A stretch of 64,000 nucleotides of DNA from Azolla caroliniana (taxonomy: Eukaryota; Plantae; Polypodiophyta): positions 4,154,001-4,218,000 of the forward strand of contig JBHGNT010000004.1 in assembly GCA_043228905.1 (NCBI GenBank), in the 5' to 3' direction. Positions 50,094-60,933 of the stretch are shown here, piece after piece. Position numbers and translations under genes: made by a program. The notes under the pieces were generated by a model. The model saw only the letters and a list, made by a program, of their open reading frames with translations, did not search any database and was not told the origin of the DNA. Numbering within the stretch: position 1 is the stretch's first letter; each line of letters starts with the position of its first letter.

Positions 50094-53000
50094 TTAAACA
50101 GGAGCTGAGCTCAACGTGTTCTTTGGTGCACTTATCCAAGGAGTTCCAGATATCGCAAATCGCCATTGTGCTGCAACATCTTCTGGATTTGCATAATCTA
50201 TTCCAACTCTGGGTCCGATTAGAATGTTGTCAGCTCTTTGGCCATCCAGAACCTCCAGCCCGCCTATGGAACCACTCTTAATACATTAACATCATTAAGC
50301 ATGAAAATGTCAAATATTTCCGAAGAATTTGCATGGTTAGACAGTCAAGTACAAGTTCATGATTTGTAAGTGATTCATCTGAAAAAGGAAGTAAACATGT
50401 ATCTATAGCAATTTCAGTGGACCATCTCACATGAGGGAAATAATATGTCCATACTTTGCACTATCTTTTACAATATTGGTTGGTCCACCACCTGCTACTA
50501 TGTAACAAGGTACAACATTTCCAATTTCCAATAGACAATAGAACAGTTGAGATCTGTGTTTTCATAGCACTAGTAGAGCTCATGAATAAAATATCTAAAA
50601 TTAGTGAAATATCAATGAGTGAAGAGAGAGGAGAGAGATAATCCAAGTTTAATAAAAGCATAAAACTAGACAAATATAAGTGTGAATAGAAGTTCAACTC
50701 AATGCCCGACTTAAGGACCCAAACAATGAAGAAGTCTCGAACTAAGTAAGAGAAATTTGAGTTAAATACATATGTACGCACATATACACATGCACGTACG
50801 CAAAAAATGAAGTATATTGTTAAAATTATTAATGAATGGTTCAAAATTTGACAATCAATCTATTTAAACTCCCCATTTCTAAATTGTATAATCCAACAAT
50901 TAAGATCTCATAACGATAATATTTCTATAATCAGAAAACCAATAATATTTCTATAATAAGAAAATGTTGAAATCACATTATACTTGGAGCAAAACAGAAT
51001 TGCAAATATGACTCAGTATTATATATGAACGTATGGGATGTGGCTCACAAACTAACCATTTGAAGATATTTCTTATGATAGGAGAGTCTACGATATGGAG
51101 TACATGTATATTCTGATTGGAAATTCAAACCTGGCATATATAAAGGATGGTTGGACCACTCTGTTGTCAAACCAAGTGCCTGACCAATCTGCACAATTAG
51201 AGTAACTTCAATGACTCTATTGCATTTGTTTTAGGTCAATCGTAATATTAAAGATAAATCCATTTACTCATTGATGTCGTCAGAAACTTAACTACTCATT
51301 TAATTACTTTACTTAATCACTTAAACACATTATACACAAAACACAATGAATACCAATAAGAACCTCTTATATTTACATACTTATATAGATTTCAAAAACA
51401 GAAATTCAACAGTTACATCTGTTCATATCATAATCTTCATGTGACCCTTCAGATCATAACTACTATATTTACATTATTATACATTTACATCTTTATATTC
51501 ATTGGATATTAACACTAGGTCATTTTCTGGGCTAACAATCATCAGTGCAAACTACAAATCCAAATAATCTCAACTTTATGAAGAAAAATCCCAAGAAACA
51601 ATTAATAACCAAGGACTCATAATCTGAACTTGGATATGTATCCCCCTGGGAGATACTTGCAGGATGAGGGACCTCTATAAGGTCATGTGCCGATACTATG
51701 ATGCAGGCTGCATCTTCAAGAATTTCATATTAAAGACAACTCATTTTGTGCAAAACATGATGTCACAATATCTGCACAAGAAGCTTTAACAATCCAAACT
51801 TCTTGTTTGATTAGTGTTGACTCAAAACTCAAACTATGTGCACTGAGAAATGCAAAAAAATGGAGCAGTATTCAGATGAATGCCTAGATCTGTCATCTAT
51901 CTCCCATTACCATTCCACTTTTTTCTTCGTGAATATGATAAGTATAAGATAGTCAGACTTGTAGAAATCCTCCACATATCTCAAACTCTAGTGAGTTCAC
52001 TACATATTCATGCCCTAATACAGCTATGAGCTAAACAATTGGACATTCCAACTTGTCTCTGTTATCATATAGAAGTTTAAAGTTTAACCAAATGCAAGAG
52101 CTAGTACCTTCCCTGGACCATTAAGCAACTCTGGTTTCACTGACATCATACCTCTTCGAGATTGGATGGTCTCAATTCCTACATAAAGCATTGCATTACA
52201 TACTGTTCAGTGGAGTGGATGAACAAAGAAAACAAAATGCCAGAATAAATTACAAGAAAAGAAAAACCTGCAACAGGTGCACAAGACCGAATTAACACAG
52301 CTGCCCCAACACCCTCGAGGTCTGCAACAATATTTAACATAATGTGCAGCCCATAGCAGAGGTAAACATATGCATGACCACCCGGTCCAAACTAACGTCC
52401 AAGAATTGGTAAATCCCAAGTTACAATATTTTTGCATGTATCAGCATATTGCCTCTGACCATATGCTAGAGAGAAGCATTACAGAATGGATCAATACTGA
52501 CCACTGGAGCAGTTCGTGAAGTAATGCCAAATCGTCCATGGCATGCAGAGTCATTGGGTCGATAAGCTTCCACCTAGAATTAAGAAATCATATTCATATA
52601 TTCATATGTTATATAAGCTATAAATGACTGCCTCTTTGAATGAAGGTGAAAAAGGAAATTTACTAAAATATCCCTAAGGTTTCAGCTCAGAATAGTGCCC
52701 TTAAGTTTCCAAAAACTATCAGAACACCACCTCTCTGTAGTACACAACTACGTATGGGTATTCTGCTAACTTTTGAAAACCTTGGGGTACTCTAGTAAAT
52801 ATCCAGAAAGTTAAGAGGTAGTTTTGCCATTTTTTTCCCAAAAACCCCACCTCTGTTATCTGCAAAACCACGTCGTCTCTCCGAAGAAGCTTCCCAAGAA
52901 GCTTGGGAGCAAGTTCCAATGCATCACACTGAAAAAAATCTGCACTTAAGAGTGCAGGAAGCTTTCCACAGACAAAAGTTGCAGGAGTAGGGATCTCCCT

Positions 53001-53650
53001 TCCAATAGTGGTCTTATTTAGACCTCTTCGTGGAGCCGGAAAAATCCCTATCAACAAACGTTTTACCACCATCGTTATTGAAATGCAGCATCAACCTACT
53101 TATGGAAGTAGACATATTAAGGTTGGTGTGGAAATTTGTCACCTCCCGACCCAACCAATTCCCTGACCTGATGCCAACCATCCTACAAGAAGGTTTATGC
53201 ACATGCTGTAATATGCATACATGTGTCTGGCATGTTTTATGGGGAAATTTGTACATACAATACATATACATGTCCAAAAAGGATTCATATTTTGTTGCAT
53301 GTTCTAATACATACACTCTCTAAAGCACTCTAAGAGCGAGACATAAGAATATATATATATATATACAACTAGATAGTTAGCTCTATGTAAACCAATCAAA
53401 CACTAGTATTCACAGATTTTGACTTACCTTTTGCATGACGGATTTTGCTGTTGGCCGCTTTCTTCTTCTTCATCATCATCTTGTCTGCTGAGGATTCATC
53501 ACTATTTCCGTGAGTTCCATGCGCCTCGTCGTTTTCTCTTTCTCGGAGTTGGGAGACTTGAGGGAGGTGCTGGCTATGGCGGAGTCTGCAGGTGCGCAGA
53601 GCGGCCCGACGGGAGGATTTCGCGAGAGCAAATGAAGTTTGCCAGTCCAT
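50094..53650 (-). CDS. MAG: DNA-3-methyladenine glycosylase (AAG/MPG family)
   Basis: Minus-strand exons 53428-53650, 52851-53047, 52502-52573, 52268-52391, 52109-52179, 51131-51188, 50094-50263. Motifs [79 protein letters not shown]...WRF. The first exon is the least certain. Confidence 0.92.
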
Positions 53651-53949
53651 GAGATCCTTCCGTTTGTGTGGGGGGATTTTTCTGGTTTTTCTGGTTTTGG
53701 GCGTTTGTTTGGGCGGTCCATCCTCTCATGTCCGTCTCTCCAAGTGTGAAACCGGACAACAAATTGTGGCCCATCGAGATAGAAGCAGAACATGTGTTGT
53801 CACATCGACTCTAATTACATGTGTGATGTTTCCTTGCCCATTCAGGATTGCGTGCTATTGATGGTCACAACTCAGGGCTAAGTGAGTGACCCTGCGTAAT
53901 TCAGATTGCAAATCAAAGGGTCTATTCATAACATGATTCTGAATCCCAA

Positions 53950-55420
53950 TTAGAGCTACGCAACATCTTGTCTTCACGCTAAGATGTCTTCGCTTAGTCA
54001 TATGAATACAGACAAGGTTTGGACTCTTGGTCTACCATCACGAGCTCGAGTCGGAATTGATGTCAACATAGTTTTAGCATTGTCGACTACGGCGCTCGAG
54101 TCAAACAGAGGGAAATTGATAACCAAGCTCCTCCAAGTGGGGATTAATTTGATCAATGAAAAACATCGTATGATGCAATCCCATTGTGGGGGTGCCTATT
54201 AAGAAGAATTGCAATATTTGGGTCTTACGTGCATTATTGGGAATTCAATGCCGCCACGAGCAACAAACCCTTACCTCTATCCCTTTCGCTAACTCCATCT
54301 TGATACAATCATTTGCCATGACACACACATTTTCTTGATGGCTTCAGATAGTACAACCAAGTGTATATGGTGTTTGAGGATCAAGTGAAAAAAGTATTTA
54401 ATGGGATGATTTCAAAGCGATGATCCTAATTTTTTATGAAAAGACCATGGCTATTCATATGATGTTCATGCAAGTTTTTGTTGACAACTTTTGTTATTCT
54501 AAAGTGGATGCATGAACCCTTGTGACATATCCTAATGTTTGGCTAAATGTCAAAAAGTTCACCTCAACCTTAGTCAATCCAAATGCACGTTTGTGGTCTC
54601 ACGCGACATGTTGATTGTGAACATGATCAAAGATGGCATTGCCCTCAACCCCCATAAAGCCATGACCATAATCAAAGCCTTAGTATGGAGTAACCAAGGC
54701 TTTCACTTACGTTCTATGGGAAAATTTCATGGCATAGTTGCACTTCTGGTACCCCATTGATATTGCAACAACCCTGCACATTGCTTTCTATTGCACTTCA
54801 TTCAATTGGATGACCACGAAGGTTCTCCTTTCTCAAGCATTGGGCCTACAACCACCCAATTGAATTTGGGAACTCCGCATGTCCATTGATGCTTTTGAGA
54901 TTGCAATTAGTAGCATACCTACACAACTTCTACGAATACAAACAATATCAAATTGTTAAATTTGATACAATCTTTGCTGACATTGCAACTCTCCTCCATG
55001 TTGGGGTCTATTGCACTTGATTCAATTGGATGATCGTGGATGATATTAGCATTTAATCCCTCGAGGTTCTTCTTTCTAAAGCATTGGGCATACAACAACC
55101 CAATTGGGTTTGGGAACTCCACATGTTTGTTGAAGCTTATGACATCACAACCGATAACATACTTATGCAATTGCACAGACCCAAATGGTATCATTTGTTA
55201 TTTTATGCAAATTTCCTTGTTTCCCAGGCAAAAAAAGGACTACTCCATGATGGACTAGGAGGCATTCAACAGGAAATACAATACGATCAAGTTCCCCTGC
55301 TATTTATTGGGTTGAAGATCCATGTTTCTCTACTCTTCTCTACTTCCTTGCGGAGGTGGCACTGGTGGCGACACATCCGTCAAAAGATTTTGGTTTTGTC
55401 ATCGTCCATATGATTGAATC
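53950..55420 (+). mobile_element. Heavily degraded Ty3/gypsy pol remnant (non-chromovirus, Athila/Tat-like RT)
   Basis: FLDGFR*YNQVYMVFEDQVK at ~54330, LNLSQSKCTF.V, LGLQPPN...F...DA.EIAI.S pieces. Confidence 0.6.
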
Positions 55421-55544
55421 AAAAGATCTAGAGAGGTCTAGGCTTTAGTGCTTCCTGGCTGGATGATGGTAGAGTCAAGAGTTCACGAGAGTACACGAGT
55501 CAAATCAAGTCAAGTCAAGTCAAGGAAGAAGAAGAAGGAAAGAA

Positions 55545-55547
<3 letters not shown>

Positions 55548-55574
<27 letters not shown>
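55548..55574. repeat. (GA)n tract at the 3' end of LINE-B
   Basis: Direct reading; continues into the (GAAA)n tail. Confidence 0.95.
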
Positions 55575-55578
<4 letters not shown>

Positions 55579-56380
55579 AAGAAAGAAAGAAATATTAATG
55601 TCTTCTAAGGCCAAAGTTTGGCCCATGAGACAATTGGTGTACAATAAAATAGGGTGTCTACCCAATCATCAAAAATAAAAATGAAAATAAAAATAGAACT
55701 TAAGCTAAAAGAGTTATAGTATTTGTACAAAACGTGTTATGGTGTAACATACTTGATAAGGAAATGACTTTGTACTAGGCCTCATATCCTTTCCATCCAA
55801 GCCTCATCGAAAAGAAGTGGGAGGTCAAAGGGTTTCGGTGTGGGTGTGACCTGTGGTCCCGATGTAGAAGGTATCCCAACCATGGCTTCCAAGCGGTGTA
55901 CCTCATGTTCCCTTTTTTTCTTAATTGTTTATGCACCACGTCGTGTTGCTTTAAAACCCAACATCCGAGGGCGTTTGGTTGTTCTTTGGTTTTTTGCTTC
56001 ATCAAGGAAGAGGCCGAGTGGTGCAGGTGTGTCCATATTCGTCGTTCCCCCTGTCCCTGAAATACTTCATTTGTTACATGTTGGTGATATTAGAAACGTT
56101 ATTGTCAACATTTTGTAGTATATTCTCTCTATGTTGTTTTCGCCTTAAGATATATCTGTCAAGATTTGAACTCTTGACATGACCATGTTATAATGGAGTG
56201 TTATTTGTTAACCACACATCTAGCATATAATCATGTATATACTTCCTCATTGTAGGTTTTAGCTAGCATCATGTGCATAATTCCTCCCTTGTATTATTTA
56301 CACTTGTCACATGTATGCGTACCTACTACCTACATGCTCTATTGTATCACATGCGTGCAATAGGTATGCATGCCACTTAG

Positions 56381-56388
56381 TATAAATA
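56381..56388 (+). promoter_or_regulatory. TATA box of the 5' LTR
   Basis: tataaata in mid-LTR; the 3' LTR copy reads gataaata. Confidence 0.6.
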
Positions 56389-56819
56389 GTTGAGTTCACC
56401 TTGAAGGAATTCAAGGTGAACAACGCCAGTCATGGACATATCAATCTAGTATTCCCATTTCGCCCATCCTCTCTCCTTGATCTTCATCTCTATCTTTATG
56501 CTCTTGTGTCATTCCCTATCTTAAGTTCCTCGCGTCGTTGCTCCGTCATAGCCTCATCATCCGTGCTCCGTCTTAATCCGCGCTTGGTGTGTCTGTGACA
56601 ATTTGTTCACCTTCCAACTAGAAGCATCACCCGTCTCTGTCATCGCCCTTGCTTCTAGAGTTACCATCATCAACATCGCTTCATTTCCTATCTTCCTCGC
56701 CATTTCTATCTCCTAGTTTCTTCTCATCTTTTTCATTGGCTTTATATTTCTCCTCATCATGGTCTCTATTTTTTAGTTTCTTTCCCGTTCCCGTTCCCGT
56801 TGGTGTTTGTGTTCCAGTT

Positions 56820-58335
56820 CTTGGTGAGGGACGCACAAGGCCACTCACTCCCGTTGGTGTTCGTGTTCCAGTTCCCAATGAGGGCCGCATGGTCGCTCAC
56901 GCCTATTCGTGTTTGAGTTCCCAGTGAGGTCGCACGGTCGCTCACTCCCATTCGTGTTCGAGTTCCCGGTGAGGGCCGCATGGTCGCTCACTCCCGTTCG
57001 TGTTCCAGTCTCCGGCGAGGACCGCACATGGTCGCGCACTCCAGTTCCACATCCCTGCGAGGACTGACATGGTCGCTCATGCCCATTGGGGTTCATGTTC
57101 CAGTTCTCGGTGAGGACCACACATGGTCGTTGACTCCCGTTCGTGTTCTAGTCTTCGGTGAGGACCCACATGGTCTCTCATTCCAGTTATTTTTCATGTT
57201 CCACATCCCGGCGATGACCGACATGGTTGCTCATGCCCATTACGGTTCATGTTCCAATTCTCGGTGAGGACCACACATGGTCGCTCACTTGGTCGTTGAC
57301 TCCCGTTCGTGTTCTAGTCTTCGGTGAGGACCCACATGGTCTCTCATTCCAGTTATTTTTCATGTTCCACATCCCGGCGATGACCGACATGGTCGCTCAT
57401 GCCCATTACGGTTCATGTTCCAATTCTCGGTGAGGACCACACATGGTCGCTCACTTGGTCGTTGACTCCCGTTCGTGTTCTAGTCTTCGGTGAGGACCCA
57501 CATGGTCTCTCATTCCAGTTATTTTTCATGTTCCACATCCCGGCGATGACCGACATGGTCGCTCATGCCCATTACGGTTCATGTTCCAATTCTCGGTGAG
57601 GACCACACATGGTCGCTCACTGTTACCCGGCCGACAAAGGATTAAAGACCAGAATGTGAAAGGGATGGTTATTCAGAATATATTTTAATTAAGTAAAGTA
57701 GATTATAATTATGTAGTGAACGGACGGACCGGAATCGGTATGCCGATCCGGATCCGGACCGGTTCCGAACAGGTGCCGGTTGGCACCGTTTTGTATGCAA
57801 CACCGGTGACCTATATAAAGGCCCGGTTACAATGTAAAACTTTGACGGAGAATTAATATAAGCTTCTTGTTTTATTTTCACGTATTGATTACCGTTCTGT
57901 ATTAATTGTTATATCTTACGCGTGTATTAAGTGAATGCCTTATTGCTAAGTAGCCAATTAAGTCGGATTAATCGTTGTGTCTTAAGTTATCTCGTCGTAA
58001 CACCCCTTTGGTGAAGTGTCTTCCGGAGACACCCTGTGTTAGGCCATTGTCCGGCCCTAAGGATTAACACTCACGCCCGTTGGTGTTCATGTTCCAGTTC
58101 TCGGTGAGGACCACGCATGGTCTCTCATGCCTGTTGGTGTTCGTGTTCTCTGTGAGGACCGCACATGGTCACTCACACCTGTTTGTATTCGTATTCCAGG
58201 TCCTGGCAAGGACCACACATGGTCACTCATGCCCCTTGGTGTTCATGCTCCCCGTGAGGACCGCACATGGTCGCTCACACCTATCAATATTTGTGTTCTA
58301 GTCCTAGGCAAGGATCACACATGGTCGCTCAAGCC
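56820..58335 (+). repeat. Tandem array of about 21 hairpin units (gtgag-gacca-caca-tggtc-g-ctcac consensus), 42-60 bp period, with a 166-bp higher-order repeat
   Basis: Units visible from ~56824 to ~57620 and ~58104 to ~58332. Identical ORF ends at 57267, 57433 and 57599 show the 166-bp period. Confidence 0.92.
57621..58069 (+). mobile_element. Solo LTR of an unrelated family inserted in the hairpin array
   Basis: tgtta...taaca termini; 5-bp TSD ctcac at 57616-57620 and 58070-58074; internal ctatataaa. Confidence 0.88.
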
Positions 58336-60886
58336 CATTGGTGTTGAATACCTTGTCTTGTGGAAGGGTTACTCCTTGTCTAGGATTTACAAAATACTTT
58401 GGAGGTGATCTAAGATTTTCATCAACAATATCCCCTTAAGCCGACAAACTATTTGGGAAGGCATCGTTGGAGGGGGGATAATGTCAAGATTTGAACTCTT
58501 GACATGACCATGTTATAATGGAGTGTCATTTGTTAACCACGCATCTAATATACAATCATGTATATACTTCCTCATTGTAGGTTTTAGCTAGCATCATGTG
58601 CATAATTTCTCCCTTGTATTATTTACACTTGTCACATGTATGCGTACCTATTGCCTACATGCTCTATTGTATCACATGCGTGCAATAGGTATGCATGCCA
58701 CTTAGGATAAATAGTTGAGTTCACCTTGAAGGAATTCAAGGTGAACAACGCCAGTCATGGACATATCAATCTAGTATTCCCATTTCGCCCATCCTCTCTC
58801 CTTGATCTTCATCTCTATCTTTATGCTCTTGTGACATTCCCTGTCTTAAGTTCCTCGCGTCATCACTCCATCATAGCCTCATCATCCGTGCTCCGTCTTA
58901 ATCCGTGCTTGGTGTGTCCGTGAGAATATCTACCTAATTTCTTTATATCTAGTCTCTAGAGTATCTAATAGTTTGGGGAGGGTGGGAGAGGTACCAAGTA
59001 TGTCTTGGTATTTTGCCCTTATCTCGGCGTAAGTTGGACACTTGCATGTAAAGTGGTACTCATCTTCTATCTCTATGTGACATAATCTACATATCCTTTC
59101 CTCTCTAGGGACTCCATTAGTATGACCATTCTCAATCTCAAGCAGGTGAGATGATATTCTAAGTTGTCCAATGGCAACCCTTAGTGCATTTGGTAAGAAT
59201 GCATCTAGATATTTTGGTCGTGTAATAAAACCTAACTTATAGAAGTGCATGAAGTGTTTCTTATAGTACAACATTTTAGATGGCAGTGGCTCTAATGGGG
59301 TGGTCCATTTATACCGAGTGTAAATTTGTCATATTTCTTGGCATATTACTTTATTACGGTCCTCACGAGATATTAAAGTGTTATCAATCTCGTGGTTGTA
59401 CCTAAGGGGAGGTAGATTGTTAATGTCTATACCATTTGTAAGAAGCCAACTCACCATCATGCCATACCATGAGCTAGTATAACCAAACTCGTAGAGAGAT
59501 TGAGATGCCTCAAAAGCTTGATGAGATATCCTATCATGTGGTTGGCTATGTATCCTATGAATAAAGACAACACGTTGAAAAAGTGCTTCTACTAACATCG
59601 AGGGTAAGGTGAACTCAACTCTAATAATGTCATGTCATGTGGTATCGTCGATTTGCTTCGGAGTTGGCGTGATAACATCATCTCCAATGGTCTCTCTAAT
59701 TGCATCCACATGAAAGATGGTAACCCTGGAGCCCAAACGATTGATGCATACATGAGGGAGGGGGTCACTAATGAGTCAAAGAGACACCTCTTAGTCCGTG
59801 GCTCTTGAAAGTATGCTTGGTGGCATTGCCTCTCTAAGAGTGAGAGGGATGCATGTCCTCTTGTAAGTCTATCCTTCCCTACCCATGTCATAGAAAAATT
59901 ACCTGAGCGGGCACTGAAAGTGACTCCAAGATATACATATGATCCAACTACCTCAACTTGGCTATGGGAGATGGTTAGGTGACACTTGGTTCTAACTTGA
60001 GCCGATGTGTGGAAGATAAGGACTTTAGTTTTCCCTAGGTTCACTACCAAATCTCGTTGTGTGCAAAAGTAATCTAAGGCATTAAGTTGCCTTTGTAGGT
60101 CATGTTCAGACTCTGAGAGCAAAACTATGTCGTCTGCATAGAGCAAGATACAAACCTGTGTACCCCCAAGGACTACTCCGTTGCCTCCCTTACGAGCAAT
60201 AAAGTCCGTGATCTCATCAATGTAGATCCCAAAAAGAGTCGATGATAGGGGACAACCTTGTTTTACACCGATAGTGCTAGTGAAGTAGTGGGATAGGCCA
60301 CCTAGGCATCGTACGTGCCCGGAGACTTGCTCATATAGTGCGTAGATGGCCCAAATCACGTCATCTGGTATCTTCGAGCTTTTGAGCCTATCAAACAACC
60401 GCTCTCTAGGGACACTGCCCAAAGGCTTTGCAGGAGTCCACAGAACAACAATATAATATCTTCGTGCGAGCCATTAACATCTAAGCGTGAAGATACGATC
60501 AACAGTAGAGAAGGCGCGTCGAAAGCCAACCGATTCAGGTGGTCGAAGATTTTAAGGTCTCCATATAATCGCGAAGCTCAACAACTTCCATTGCTGCACC
60601 ATATAATTTAGCGAGCATACGACCTATCATAATTGTAAATGGTCCTATATGTATGTAACTGGGTCCATGGGGTCTTCTCTGTTATGTATGGGGGCCACTC
60701 TGTTGAGAGTCCATTGTGGTCAGAGTCCATAGTGTTGAGAGTCCATATGGTGTTCATAGTCCATAGAGAGAGAGAGAATAGAGTGAAGTGTGTGTGCGAG
60801 AGGAGAGGGTAACGTTTGTCTCTGCTGGTTTTTGGTTTTGTGGTGTTTTTCTTCTGTTGTCTGCGAGACACAGAAGAGTGAGACAG

Positions 60887-60890
<4 letters not shown>

Positions 60891-60926
<36 letters not shown>
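60891..60926. repeat. (AG)n tract in the SERRATE 5' leader
   Basis: Direct reading. Confidence 0.95.
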
Positions 60927-60928
<2 letters not shown>

Positions 60929-60933
60929 CTGCC

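Larger units (their letters stand above)
56157..58925 (+). mobile_element. Non-autonomous LTR retroelement with 444-bp LTRs, no coding domains, putative self-priming PBS and an internal hairpin array
   Basis: LTRs 56157-56600 (tgtc...gaca) and 58482-58925 (tgtc...gaga); TSD atatc at 56152-56156 and 58926-58930; PPT ggaggggggataa at 58469-58481. Confidence 0.95.
55575..60720 (-). mobile_element. 5'-truncated LINE-B (RTE-X-like), interrupted by the LTR element at 56157-58925
   Basis: Minus strand: IMIGRMLAKLYG, GFRRAFSTVDRIFTLR, KAFGSVPR, GVKQGCPLSSTLFGIYID, LLYADD, YVYLGVTF, LRISSHLLEIENG...RICRLC..EDEYHFTCKC. The sequence resumes after the TSD at 56152 and ends in a stem-loop plus ttaata(tttc)n then (tc)n. 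Confidence 0.9.

Noticed and set aside
56157-56600. Retrozyme (hammerhead ribozyme in the LTR)
   Set aside because: I could not find a CUGANGA...GAAA core with flanking helices in the LTR by eye.
56820-58335. CRISPR array
   Set aside because: Eukaryotic context with no cas genes. The spacers are homologous to each other and the array lies inside an LTR element.
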